The notes under the pieces are model-generated. The model was given only the letters and a program-made list of their open reading frames with translations, was not told the DNA's origin and ran no database searches. From positions 62,001 to 126,000 of the IMG/VR virus record IMGVR_UViG_3300009011_000002: 64,000 nt of DNA. One strand, written 5' to 3'. Positions 17,914-27,896 of the stretch are shown here, piece after piece. How positions within the stretch are numbered: the first letter of the stretch is position 1; each line of letters opens with the position of its first letter. The translations under genes and the position numbers were made by a program.

Positions 17914-19137
17914 TCACTCAAGCCAATTGATACCGCGGTTGGTGAGGAAGGCAGCACGCACTACCTCGGCCACGGACAGATTGGCATCATCCAGCAGGAC
18001 CTGTAGATCCGGATTGGCTTCGTAGAACTTGGCGCGGTTTTCTGGCGCTGCCTCGAAGTACTTGGTCATCCGGTCAACCTTTTCTTTCTCGTCGTCAGAC
18101 ACGACGTCGGCGAGACCCATTTCTTCAATACCGGCGTAGCGGCTGAGTGGATCACGGCCTACGGGTTTATCACCCGCATGGAACTGGGTAGCCTTAGCAC
18201 CGGCGATGTACAACTTGCGGGCTTCTGCCAGCGCGGCGAAGCAGTCGACATTCGGACCAGGCTTGGTACCGGTGAGTTGTTCCAGAGCGAAACGCGCTTG
18301 GCGTTCTTCACGCGTAGGAATGCGGCTGATCACGCCGCCTTTGTGGACGTAGTGGGAGCCGTCAGGGCCGGTGACGCTGATGGATTCGAAACCTTGCTTG
18401 ACCAGCTCGTTAATGGTCAACGACGGATCAGGATCAGCTTCGTCGATGGTCACTTGGATCCAGTGCTTGTCGAAGACTTCCAGCATGTCGAGGAAGTCAG
18501 GCTTGACGTTCTGATGTGGGTACTGCGAGATGTTCAGCGCCAAGCGGTCGAAGTAGCTGGAGTTCAGGAACTTGCCGTCCAGCAGGTCTTCGAAGTACAT
18601 CACCGACGCTGGGTATTTGCCCAGTGCGTCTTCGAAGTTGTCGGCTAGATCGAAACGCTGAGCCATGTAGGCTACCAGATGACGCGCTTGTTCTTTGACG
18701 TCGTCGATGACGGCCATGTCCACCAGACTGTCGTCCAGGCCGATCAGACGCGTTGCCACGATCTTGAACAGGTCGTAGTTGGTCTGGAATTCGATCGCGC
18801 CGATACGGTTGCTGATGGCCACGTTGGTGTCGTTGTCGCTGGCAATGGTGCCCTTCGACCACGCCGTCGCGCGCACACCGGTGGAACGCATGTACTGGGC
18901 GATCAGTTTGGAGATGTAGACACGGACCACGTCAGTTTTACGGCTGCTGACGAAGACGCCCTTGATCAGGTGGGTGTCCGGGTCATTGACGTCGAACATG
19001 TTGGCCCATTCCTTTTCCGCGGTCGCGTACAGCGCTTGAATCACTGTGGCGGCACCGATAGCATCGCGCAGGCTGGTCAGGAAAGTCAGGTGATCCAACC
19101 ACAGGTTCTGCTGTTGCACGAGAGCTTGATCTTGCAT
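17914..19137 (-). CDS. Hypothetical protein, 407 aa
   Basis: Long ORF with RBS AGGAG and GC3-rich codons. Confidence 0.8.
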   Translation of the reverse strand: MQDQALVQQQNLWLDHLTFLTSLRDAIGAATVIQALYATAEKEWANMFDVNDPDTHLIKGVFVSSRKTDVVRVYISKLIAQYMRSTGVRATAWSKGTIASDNDTNVAISNRIGAIEFQTNYDLFKIVATRLIGLDDSLVDMAVIDDVKEQARHLVAYMAQRFDLADNFEDALGKYPASVMYFEDLLDGKFLNSSYFDRLALNISQYPHQNVKPDFLDMLEVFDKHWIQVTIDEADPDPSLTINELVKQGFESISVTGPDGSHYVHKGGVISRIPTREERQARFALEQLTGTKPGPNVDCFAALAEARKLYIAGAKATQFHAGDKPVGRDPLSRYAGIEEMGLADVVSDDEKEKVDRMTKYFEAAPENRAKFYEANPDLQVLLDDANLSVAEVVRAAFLTNRGINWLE

Positions 19138-19244
19138 GGGGTGTTACTCCTAATAGTCAATTAACGTCCAACCACATATAGATTAGCCGTAAGTACAAAA
19201 ACATAATAAACCCAGGACCAGGGTTTCCCCCAGTCCTGGTGATC

Positions 19245-20105
19245 TCAACGGAACAAACCGAGGGCGCTGCTGCTACGGATAACGGCAACTTTGTCGTTGT
19301 GGTGGTGGCGACGCTTGAGGTCCTTAACCATGTCCATGACACGGTTGTGGCTTTCAGTGCCTGCAAAGCGAGCCATCACAGCATCCTTCGCCAGATCACG
19401 CTCCATGACGTAAAGGAACTCGTCAAAGGAAGCGGTCATCTCAGCATTCACATCCGACACAGCCAACTGACTGGTCAGGAGGTCTTCCAGACCTGCGGTA
19501 CGGTGTTTGCAGGCGTGCAGCATGCCTTGCTCAATCACCATGTCGTAAGTCGAGAAGTACTCCACCTCCCGCACCATGTCGCCCAGTTTCTGTGGCTTGG
19601 TAACGGTACGGATGGAGAAGGCAGTGTTCATGTCAGGGTCTTCGAGCGAATCCTGCATGACCTGCTTGTGAATACCGAACGGGCGTACTTCGATCTTGTT
19701 GAAGACCGGGTCACGTGGACCGCCGGTTACTTCCCAGTGGATCTTCCGGATGGAACCACAGACATGCGGCTCCAACACAGTACGCAAACGGTGGATCCAG
19801 GCGAACACTTCAGTGATGGCCGTCTGGACGATAACACCGTTCTTGTACTCGAAGTAGTACTGTGGAGGGTGGCCCAGTTCACACTGGACCTGACCTTCAC
19901 TGACGCGGCGGTTCAAGTCACTGTCCTCGCCCATGCACTCACGCACATAGTCGTTGAAGGTGTACTTGATCCCCATGCGGTTAGGGATGTTAAACCCACC
20001 CGCGTTCAGCAGGTAGTAATGACCACCCGGCTCCATTGGTTTGAGGATACCGCGTTTACCACTTTTCGGAAGGATGGTGTTACCGAAAGACAGAACTTGA
20101 CTCAT
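19245..20105 (-). CDS. Prohead (head maturation) protease, phiKZ gp175-like
   Basis: CELGHP (His), AFSIRT (Ser) and STYD (Asp). C-terminal TAGLE|D resembles the S/A/G-X-E autocleavage motif. Confidence 0.85.
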   Translation of the reverse strand: MSQVLSFGNTILPKSGKRGILKPMEPGGHYYLLNAGGFNIPNRMGIKYTFNDYVRECMGEDSDLNRRVSEGQVQCELGHPPQYYFEYKNGVIVQTAITEVFAWIHRLRTVLEPHVCGSIRKIHWEVTGGPRDPVFNKIEVRPFGIHKQVMQDSLEDPDMNTAFSIRTVTKPQKLGDMVREVEYFSTYDMVIEQGMLHACKHRTAGLEDLLTSQLAVSDVNAEMTASFDEFLYVMERDLAKDAVMARFAGTESHNRVMDMVKDLKRRHHHNDKVAVIRSSSALGLFR

Positions 20106-20827
20106 TCAGGCACCCCCTTAATAACTTTTTCCATGTCGGTAACTTTCGTATCCGGGTTGACGATAGCGGCAATGGTGTTGTCCTGAAGGTAGCCGCCGGT
20201 GAGTTTGGAGAACGTGCCGTCGATCAGCAGAGCGCTGTTATTCAAACCAACAATGATCGGCTCACGTCCTTCCAGCATTGCTTTGCTGTTTCGGTACGGG
20301 TTGTTCAGGTTATCAGGATCCCTGTACATCAGCGAGTTGAAGACCCGTTTCACCTGGGGGCTGCTCCCCACCTTACCACCGCACTCGTACTCCGCGTAGT
20401 CGACCATGGACGACAGGTCTTCTTTGTTGAGGTACCACGGCTTCTTGGCGTAGAAGTCAAACTCCAGGTAATACTGGTAGGGTTTGTTTGGATCTTCCAG
20501 CACATCCAAACTCTCGATCACGGTATCACCTTTGGTGAACTCCAAGATCAAGTACTGCACCCCACCAATAGCCACCTCACGCATGCCGAGAGGTTCAAGG
20601 GTGATGTCCATCAAGGCCACCAGGGGTGCGTAGCACACCCCTGGTACGACAATCCCCAACACCGCCACTGACTGAACCTTTTCACCCACCGTAGCAAACC
20701 CGTTATCCACGAAGCGCTTCGGCAGATGGATCTCAAGATCCCGTGCAGCGGTCACAGACGAATCTGCGTTGATGATGAGAGACTTGTCGATGGCATCCCC
20801 ATCACGTTTGAGATTGCCGAGTTCCAT
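20102..20827 (-). CDS. Conserved protein, phiKZ gp176-like
   Basis: 241 aa. Assignment is by synteny between the protease and vRNAP genes. Confidence 0.6.
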   Translation of the reverse strand: MELGNLKRDGDAIDKSLIINADSSVTAARDLEIHLPKRFVDNGFATVGEKVQSVAVLGIVVPGVCYAPLVALMDITLEPLGMREVAIGGVQYLILEFTKGDTVIESLDVLEDPNKPYQYYLEFDFYAKKPWYLNKEDLSSMVDYAEYECGGKVGSSPQVKRVFNSLMYRDPDNLNNPYRNSKAMLEGREPIIVGLNNSALLIDGTFSKLTGGYLQDNTIAAIVNPDTKVTDMEKVIKGVPE

Positions 20828-20833
20828 GTAGAC

Positions 20834-22375
20834 TTACCCCAAGCACTTGTCGACGATGAGATTCACCACAGCCACGGCCATACGTTCGCGCTTGTCGCCA
20901 ACGTTGTCTTCGGCCGTTTGGATGTAGGTGGACGAGATCAAGTCTGCCGCGAGGTTGCAACCGATAGCACGCAGGAACTGCGGCACCAGTTGGGTTTCCA
21001 TCAGGATGTCTACACGATCGCCATCCGGATCCTCACCTTCGGCAATAGGCCGGGTATCATCACCACCGCAACGGGAAGCCAGCAGGTGATACGCAGCACC
21101 CAGTTCCTGGTGGAACTTGCCCCGCAACCAGTTGTCGTAGACCACACCTTGACGGTTGGTGGCTTCGATCACACGGTCACGGATCGCTGGGTGTTCCTGG
21201 ATGAACTCGTGGATGGCCTTCAAGCCGTCCTTGGTGAAACCTTCATACCCGTCTTGGATCAGGGTATTGTGGACCGACTTGTAGTACTCCTGCGCCAACG
21301 CACCCATACGCTGCGGGTTGGAGATCGCCGCCATCAGGTCGACACCCTTGCCGGACAGACTACCGAAGTAGTAGCCGATGACCAGCTCCTGGAAGCCCAG
21401 ATTGTCGCGGGTGATCGATTCCAGCATGTCGTTGGTGTAGAACACCTTGACCGAACCGGTGAGGATCTTGGCCTTCTTGTAGCTGGACATGATGGCCGAG
21501 TTAGGGCCATTAAACGCCACAGCCTTTTCCTGCACCAACACCAGTTTCTGACGACGGTACGCGGTGACCACGTTCTTCAGTTGCAGCAGGTACGCGGTCA
21601 CGCCGTTCCACAGCAGGTTGACGTAAGCACGGTAAGCGCTCAATTCACCCCGTGCCAGCCATGGGACTGGGTTCTCGCTGTGGTACATCTTGGTGAGGAT
21701 GGTGTACAGCTTCAGCAGGCGACAGATACGAACTTCTTTCACCTTCTGGAAGTTGAAAGAGTTCTCGCTGTTGATAGCGAACATGTCCGCCAGCATGTGG
21801 TTGTTGCCGATGAACTCAGCGACGAAGGTAGTGTCCTCGTCGGGGTTGTTCATGATCTCCAGGATATCCGGGTGGTTGGAATCCATGAAGGTCTCGATCT
21901 GCTCGCGGCTTGGGTAGTTGAATTCCAAGCTCTTGCCAACGCTCAGGTCGATCGCGGTGTAGGTCAACACCTGGTCCCGCACAGCCGTCGGGAACAGGTC
22001 AGAATCGAAGAACGGATCATCGACGTTGGTGTACTGGATGTACAGGGCGCCGTTGGCGACGTTCTGCAGTTCTTCCGGCGAGTACAGGATCTTGGTGCCT
22101 GCAACGACCTTGGCTGCCATCGGAACACCGTAGTCCTTGATGGTATCCATGGTGGCGCGGACGATCTCGGCCAGACGGGTACTGGTCGCATCGAGGATAG
22201 CGCTGTGCTCGTTGTCGCCGGTGACGAACAGGACACCCTCTTTCCAGCTTTCGTTGGTGTACTGCAGCGAACCATACGAAAGGTTGTTCAGGCCCTGGAT
22301 GATGTCCGTCGGTTGCAGCGAACCACCGCCGGTAACGATGAGTTCAGCAATGCCCAGACTTTCTTTACGAATCAT
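20834..22375 (-). CDS. Virion structural protein, phiKZ gp177-like
   Basis: 513 aa. Assignment is by synteny. Confidence 0.6.
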   Translation of the reverse strand: MIRKESLGIAELIVTGGGSLQPTDIIQGLNNLSYGSLQYTNESWKEGVLFVTGDNEHSAILDATSTRLAEIVRATMDTIKDYGVPMAAKVVAGTKILYSPEELQNVANGALYIQYTNVDDPFFDSDLFPTAVRDQVLTYTAIDLSVGKSLEFNYPSREQIETFMDSNHPDILEIMNNPDEDTTFVAEFIGNNHMLADMFAINSENSFNFQKVKEVRICRLLKLYTILTKMYHSENPVPWLARGELSAYRAYVNLLWNGVTAYLLQLKNVVTAYRRQKLVLVQEKAVAFNGPNSAIMSSYKKAKILTGSVKVFYTNDMLESITRDNLGFQELVIGYYFGSLSGKGVDLMAAISNPQRMGALAQEYYKSVHNTLIQDGYEGFTKDGLKAIHEFIQEHPAIRDRVIEATNRQGVVYDNWLRGKFHQELGAAYHLLASRCGGDDTRPIAEGEDPDGDRVDILMETQLVPQFLRAIGCNLAADLISSTYIQTAEDNVGDKRERMAVAVVNLIVDKCLG

Positions 22376-22377
22376 CT

Positions 22378-22548
22378 TCAGGCTTCCTTCTTGACGTGGC
22401 GGTTGATCGCCTTGCTGATCTTCTCTTCCACGATTGGATCAGGAAGAGGCTTGAGGTACACGTAACCCACTTTAACGAGGGTCCGCTTGGTGAGTTCCAC
22501 CACGTTCGCTGCCGTGATGGCATTCCGGATGAATGCTTCGTTGGTCAT
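22378..22548 (-). CDS. Small hypothetical protein, 56 aa (below the ORF-track cutoff)
   Basis: AGGAG RBS, reads MTNEAFIRNAITAANVVELTKRTLVKVGYVYLKP...KKEA*, and fills the gap. Confidence 0.6.
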   Translation of the reverse strand: MTNEAFIRNAITAANVVELTKRTLVKVGYVYLKPLPDPIVEEKISKAINRHVKKEA

Positions 22549-22566
22549 TGCTGGCTCCTGGAAGAA

Positions 22567-23496
22567 TCAGTACTGCGTAGCCGCTACAAACCGATTGGTC
22601 GGCAACAGGCCTTCGTAGTAGGCGGTGTAGATGAGGGTGTTGATCTCACCCACAGTGATCTTTCCGTCCTTGTTGAAATCGAAGCCACGGTTTTGGGTAT
22701 AGCCGAGCTTTTCTTTCTCAACGTCTTGACGGAAGATAATCTCATCCGGCTTCTTGCCTACCGCAGCAGGGTAGAAGATGGTGAGGTAGAAATCTTCGAG
22801 GCGAGTGAAACGTTTACCACGCTTCATCCACATCTCGAAATACTTGAAGACCCACTCCAGCTGCTCGAGCTGGGACAGAGTGATCAGCCACTCCACAGTG
22901 ACCCGTGGGTCATTGTAGGTCTGGGCGAGGTCTTGTGCCGCGGCCTTACCGAATTGGATCAGACCGAAGTAGTACGCGCCCGCACCATTACGAATGGTGG
23001 GGGAGAAGGTACGACCCGTTTCGAAGGCAATGCAACCCATGACAGCAGAAGGTGCATCTGCCCACAGATTGTGCTTCTTGCACCAAGCCTTGATCTTGGC
23101 CAGGAATTCAGCCGGCACGTGGGCTGACCAGCCGATGTCGTAGAACTTCAGCTTGTTGTAAGCCCGGAAGCTGGAGAACACCCGGTAGAACCCTGCATAG
23201 GTATTGGTACCCATGCCAGAGATGCCGTCAATCTCGCCGCCATACAGCTTGTACGACTTGAGGTTGCTCTGAATGTTCTTGATACCTTGCAAGGCACCTG
23301 CTTCGCCCGTACCCGCAGAGATCGGCAGCGGGGTGGTGCGACCGCCGTTCACCCGTTGGTCGTAGTCCTGGAACAACGAGGTCACCCCCGCTGCGGTGTT
23401 CTTACCCCAAGCACCGTCGATGGAGCCGGCGTAAACGCCGGCCTCCTTCAACAACACCTGGATGTCTCGTACAGCGTTGAGCATCCGGTAGTTCAT
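22567..23496 (-). CDS. Modular endolysin: two peptidoglycan-binding repeats plus a lysozyme/SLT-like catalytic domain
   Basis: IQVLLKEAGVYAGSIDGAWGKNT and IQSNLKSYKLYGGEIDGISG (PG-binding). Catalytic region FETGRTFSP...GLIQF...QLEWVFKYF. Confidence 0.82.
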   Translation of the reverse strand: MNYRMLNAVRDIQVLLKEAGVYAGSIDGAWGKNTAAGVTSLFQDYDQRVNGGRTTPLPISAGTGEAGALQGIKNIQSNLKSYKLYGGEIDGISGMGTNTYAGFYRVFSSFRAYNKLKFYDIGWSAHVPAEFLAKIKAWCKKHNLWADAPSAVMGCIAFETGRTFSPTIRNGAGAYYFGLIQFGKAAAQDLAQTYNDPRVTVEWLITLSQLEQLEWVFKYFEMWMKRGKRFTRLEDFYLTIFYPAAVGKKPDEIIFRQDVEKEKLGYTQNRGFDFNKDGKITVGEINTLIYTAYYEGLLPTNRFVAATQY

Positions 23497-26400
23497 TACT
23501 TGATACCTCTGTATACCTTGACAGCCTTCAACGAGAACTGCGTCGAGAGCTCGTTGCTCGCCAGCTTGTCGCGTAGGCTCAATACCATTCGGTTGAACAT
23601 ACCCTTAAAGCTCACTTTCGCATCGACCTTACGACCGTCCAAGGTGAATATCGGCTTCTCCATGATGTAGCCAGCGGTACCTTTCATTTGGTTACCGATG
23701 ACATATTTGTCGGCAGTGGTGCTGTAGTCCATCGACTCCACGTACACGGTGACCAACACTTTCTCAGGCGACAACGTCGGTTTGTTAACGTTCAGGCTGT
23801 TTGACACAGAACCCGACTTGACGGTGCTGCCCTCGATCGAGGCGGTGCGTTTGCGATCCTTGTCAGCGTGGGCAATGAACTTACGCACACTGTCCGACAT
23901 CTGTTCAGGGGTCGCGTTGTACTTGACGTCGATGTGAATGATCTTGCCGTGATGGTTAGACCGTTGCTGCTTGATCCCCAAACGGTTGACATCTTCCATA
24001 AGGGAATTTTCTGCCGCGCCACCCACGAGGTGGTCGTCTTCGACTTCGCATAAAATCGAGTCATAGTCGACCTCATCACCGATCTTCACTTTCCAGTTAA
24101 TGATCTGTTTCGAACCCATCAAGAACTGTTTCTTCTTGATGAATGGGGTGATGGATTCCATGGCCAGTTCTTTCGTAATGGCAATGGAGTCTTCATAGGT
24201 GTCTTGGTCTTCTACCATCACTACACGGATCATGCGACCCGCTTTCCAGACCACCTGACCCGGACAGAACACATCCCGATCAAACCACTGGCGGTCCCAA
24301 CCGACCACGTCACCGGCTTTGAACTTATCACCCACCTTCAGGTCAGTGACACGGGTATGGCGGTGGTACTCACCGCTGGCCTCACCAATCTTCAACCCCA
24401 ACGGATAAACGTCAGTGGTCTTGTCGGTGTAGGTCACGGTCATCGAGTCTTCAGTAACCTCGGTCACCTTACCGTCGTCGCGTGCTACCTTACTGTAGAG
24501 TTCCGACGTGCGATGAGCAATCATCGAATCGTAACCCGTCCGGGTAATGTTCGGGGTGTAGTTCTCAGCACTCACAGCTTGCGAAGCCTGAGTACTGGTG
24601 AACATGCCTCGCTTAGGGTCGTCTTTCGACATACCGAAGGCCAGGTTACCCGTTACCGATGCCAAACCTGTCAGAGTCGGTTTCTCTTTCACGGCGATGT
24701 TGCCACGGTAGTCTTCGATGCACGGGTCAGACGTCAGGTAGGTAACGAAACCTACTTTACCGCTGTCCTTGTTCGCCTCGGAGATCTTGCCCTTGTAGCT
24801 GTCCAACTGTACTCGGGCACGTTTCACCATGGAGATCTCACCACGACCCCCAACACCACCGAAGGTCAACTCTTCCTGATCCTTCAGCTGGTGGATCGGG
24901 TTCACCTCTTCCACCAAGTTCACCGAAGTGTCCGTGATGATGTTCATGGTGACGGCTTCAGGGTTAAAGTCGATCTTCTGCTTACGACCCTTGCCCTTGT
25001 TCCGGTACATCCGGATAGCCTTGACCCACTCGCGGTACATATGGCCTGCAAAGCGCTCATACCCCACGATACGCTGTTCTTCCAGTTCCACCTCATGACG
25101 GGTCCAGTCCGTCTCCAACAGCTTCACAGCGTCAATCAGGAGGTAATGGAAGGACTCCGAATAGCCCAACTTCTTCAGTTCCCCTTTGGTGATCGGGTCA
25201 ATGAACAAATCGAACAGGTTCTTCATTTCGAGGAACTGTTTCGGGCGTACCTTGTCGTCACCCATCAGTGGAACCCAGACACCCTTTTCGTTCAGGTTAC
25301 TGCGGCTGAAGTTACTGATGTTGTTCAGACGTGGCATCCCACCGAAGATCAAGGTGGTCAGCTTCTCACGGCGGTTGAAGATCAGGTACTCGTCGTTGAA
25401 GGTAATGGCGTATTCGTCTTCACTCAGTTTCGGACGGTTACCCATCGGTACGGAGCGAGTGGTGGCCTTAATCACCTGCAACAGTTTGTCGATACCGAAG
25501 TAGTAGCACAGCACTACACCCATCGGGAACAGATACCCGCCGATGTTGATCACTGCATACTCGGTAGGCGCTTTTGCCGTACTGATGCCCAGCAGGTTCT
25601 CAACGGTGTTAAACTCCACACCATCGAGGTACAGGTTGCCGTAGCCGTCCACGGTCACTGGCTTGTCGTTCTTCACGCCAATCAGGAAGTCATCCTTCTT
25701 GGTGTGCTTGGAGAACTGCGGGTGTTCAGCCAACAGTTTGTCAATACGGAAGTCAAAGGTTACACCCTTGTCACCACCCGCATTGATCCACTGGAACTTC
25801 GAGGCCAGGATCGAATAGACCCGGGGGCTGTCGTACTTACCGCTCAATGAACTACCACGGTTGTACGTGATGTCTGAACCCGAACGGTTACCACGGCTTG
25901 CCACCTGCTTAACCAACCACGCACCCAGGTCGTCTACCTTCTTCAGGCTACGACTCACCATGAGCTTGCGGTCATAGTAGCTGGTCAATGCTACCTTGAA
26001 CTTGTTGATCTTGCGGATCGGCAATTCCATGCGTTGCAGCTGCATGTGCGACTTCACACCGTCAACGGTAAAGGTACCGTCTTTACCCACCCGTGGCATA
26101 CGGATGTGGTGGGTGGTCTGATCGCCATCTACCGGGTGGACCTGGATGGTGTAGACGTCGTAGCTGCCTTCGACACCCTCAACCACCTCATGCTTGAAGT
26201 CGTTGATGGCGACACCGGCGTTCTGCAAACCAAGCAGCATCATCACGGTGTCTTTGTGGAGGAACTTGTCCACGTAACCTTGCTTGAGCACTTTCGCCCG
26301 GCTACGCTTCATGGACTCGTCCAGCACCACCGGCAGATCAGCTTTGATCTCGGCGTCAGCTTTGAGGGCCTTGTACTCCTCTGGCTTCACCTGGATAAAC

Positions 26401-27896
26401 TCTTCCAGGCTTTGCCCGTTGGCCAACTCGATGTGCTTGAACTGAGTAGCCTTCCGCATGAAGAACTGTTGTTCCGCTACGGTCAGTACCCCTTCCTTCG
26501 CACGCTCTTCCAACGCCAGCGCCACACCGCTTTCGTACGTCGGGAACGGATCCTTCGCCACCGACGTATCGGTAGTGATCTTCTCCTGTTCCAGCAATGC
26601 ATCGTCTACTTCTGCGGTCCAGTCTTCAGCTGCTTCAGAATTATCTCGAGTTCCCTCTTCTCCCGCCCCTTGAACAGATCCTCCGTCAGGTTCTTCGCTA
26701 TTATCGAAAACAGCAAGCATAGGAGCAGTAGTACGAGCAGCTGTGGCATTGTCATCCTTACCAGAAACCCGTCCTTCTTTGGTTTCCCGTTGGGATCCTT
26801 TTGCCGCGCCAGCTCCCTTCGCTCCTGTAGCCACTTGGGTATCCGCCGTGGCTTCTTCTCGGTTCTCATCCTTGGCTTCCTCGACTTCTCCCTCAGAGAG
26901 ACTACCATTTCTGGTAAGGTTCATGAGGGCAAGGTAAACACGCTTCGTGACAGCGAAACGCTTGGGGTGGCTTTCCCGGTGGCTGCCGACGTCTGGAGTT
27001 TTATCCTTGGCCAACTTCTCGAGGAAACGTTTATCGTCCAACTCATTCAGCCAGCCCTTGAGGGTGGCCAGGTTGATGATGAGGGAACGGCTGTTCGACA
27101 CAAAGATCAGATGGAGGGATTGCTCGGCCTTGGGTGTCAGCTTGCTGAACAGGCTGTACTTCCAGTCGCCAAACAGCAAGGCAATCCAGTCCAGCAACCA
27201 ATACGAACTCTCCGCCTTGTTCACCCGCACGGTCTGGTTAGACGGAACAGGCAAACCATTCTTGAAGCTCTTGACATAATGGTCAAAGTCAATCAGCAAC
27301 TCAGACCACGATGGCATGTGAAGTGGTAGGTCGATACGGAAGAACTGTTTACGCTCTTTCGATTTCGCCGCTTCTTCGTTGATGCGGTCCATCAACATCG
27401 AGTACTGGTTGTAATGCCGCTCGAAGTTAACGAACATCGTTGGACGCGGCAACCACATCTTGTTGATCAAGCCGTAGTTGTTGACCACCAACACGTTGTC
27501 TTTGTTGTAGACAGTGTTGATGTCTTTGGTCCAGTTGAAGTTGTAGTGGCTCGCGCGGTACGCCTGGATCGCCTTACGGACATCCATGGCCAACATACGA
27601 CCATTACCGATGACGGGTTCAAACTCCGTCTTAAAGTTGATGAAAACATCACCAGTGAAGTTACTGATGAAAGCTTCCGACGTGGCAGGGCCGTAGTCTT
27701 CCGTGTTCTTTGGGAAGAAGTGGATCAGGCTCGCACGGGGCAGGCTGATCTCCCCGATGCCGATGTAGTTGGGGGTGACCAGCTCTTGCCTTTTGCGTTG
27801 TACGTACCACTTGAAAAACTCGGGATATGTCGCTGCAAGGGCTTCTTCGCCTGTGACAGCTGACAAAGCGGGATTCGCTCCGTTCAGCATCCTCAT
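23496..27896 (-). CDS. Virion RNA polymerase beta subunit, N-terminal/major part (phiKZ gp178-like)
   Basis: 1466 aa. NPIHQLKDQEELTFGGVGGR, SEANKDSGKVG, TYEDSIAI and DKYVIGNQMKG are RpoB-like motifs. Confidence 0.9.
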   Translation of the reverse strand: MRMLNGANPALSAVTGEEALAATYPEFFKWYVQRKRQELVTPNYIGIGEISLPRASLIHFFPKNTEDYGPATSEAFISNFTGDVFINFKTEFEPVIGNGRMLAMDVRKAIQAYRASHYNFNWTKDINTVYNKDNVLVVNNYGLINKMWLPRPTMFVNFERHYNQYSMLMDRINEEAAKSKERKQFFRIDLPLHMPSWSELLIDFDHYVKSFKNGLPVPSNQTVRVNKAESSYWLLDWIALLFGDWKYSLFSKLTPKAEQSLHLIFVSNSRSLIINLATLKGWLNELDDKRFLEKLAKDKTPDVGSHRESHPKRFAVTKRVYLALMNLTRNGSLSEGEVEEAKDENREEATADTQVATGAKGAGAAKGSQRETKEGRVSGKDDNATAARTTAPMLAVFDNSEEPDGGSVQGAGEEGTRDNSEAAEDWTAEVDDALLEQEKITTDTSVAKDPFPTYESGVALALEERAKEGVLTVAEQQFFMRKATQFKHIELANGQSLEEFIQVKPEEYKALKADAEIKADLPVVLDESMKRSRAKVLKQGYVDKFLHKDTVMMLLGLQNAGVAINDFKHEVVEGVEGSYDVYTIQVHPVDGDQTTHHIRMPRVGKDGTFTVDGVKSHMQLQRMELPIRKINKFKVALTSYYDRKLMVSRSLKKVDDLGAWLVKQVASRGNRSGSDITYNRGSSLSGKYDSPRVYSILASKFQWINAGGDKGVTFDFRIDKLLAEHPQFSKHTKKDDFLIGVKNDKPVTVDGYGNLYLDGVEFNTVENLLGISTAKAPTEYAVINIGGYLFPMGVVLCYYFGIDKLLQVIKATTRSVPMGNRPKLSEDEYAITFNDEYLIFNRREKLTTLIFGGMPRLNNISNFSRSNLNEKGVWVPLMGDDKVRPKQFLEMKNLFDLFIDPITKGELKKLGYSESFHYLLIDAVKLLETDWTRHEVELEEQRIVGYERFAGHMYREWVKAIRMYRNKGKGRKQKIDFNPEAVTMNIITDTSVNLVEEVNPIHQLKDQEELTFGGVGGRGEISMVKRARVQLDSYKGKISEANKDSGKVGFVTYLTSDPCIEDYRGNIAVKEKPTLTGLASVTGNLAFGMSKDDPKRGMFTSTQASQAVSAENYTPNITRTGYDSMIAHRTSELYSKVARDDGKVTEVTEDSMTVTYTDKTTDVYPLGLKIGEASGEYHRHTRVTDLKVGDKFKAGDVVGWDRQWFDRDVFCPGQVVWKAGRMIRVVMVEDQDTYEDSIAITKELAMESITPFIKKKQFLMGSKQIINWKVKIGDEVDYDSILCEVEDDHLVGGAAENSLMEDVNRLGIKQQRSNHHGKIIHIDVKYNATPEQMSDSVRKFIAHADKDRKRTASIEGSTVKSGSVSNSLNVNKPTLSPEKVLVTVYVESMDYSTTADKYVIGNQMKGTAGYIMEKPIFTLDGRKVDAKVSFKGMFNRMVLSLRDKLASNELSTQFSLKAVKVYRGIK
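26606..26749 (-). CDS. Candidate overprinted single-pass membrane protein (47 aa) in the +1 frame of vRNAP beta
   Basis: TAAGGA-TGACA-ATG, then MPQLLVLLLLCLLFSIIAKNLTEDLFKGREKRELEIILKQLKTGPQK*. Lies in the low-complexity linker of beta. Confidence 0.4.
   Translation of the reverse strand: MPQLLVLLLLCLLFSIIAKNLTEDLFKGREKRELEIILKQLKTGPQK

Noticed and set aside
27893-27896. Possible frameshift or fusion between beta' and beta
   Set aside because: It is an ordinary ATGA stop/start overlap, and both sizes match the separately encoded phiKZ-type subunits.
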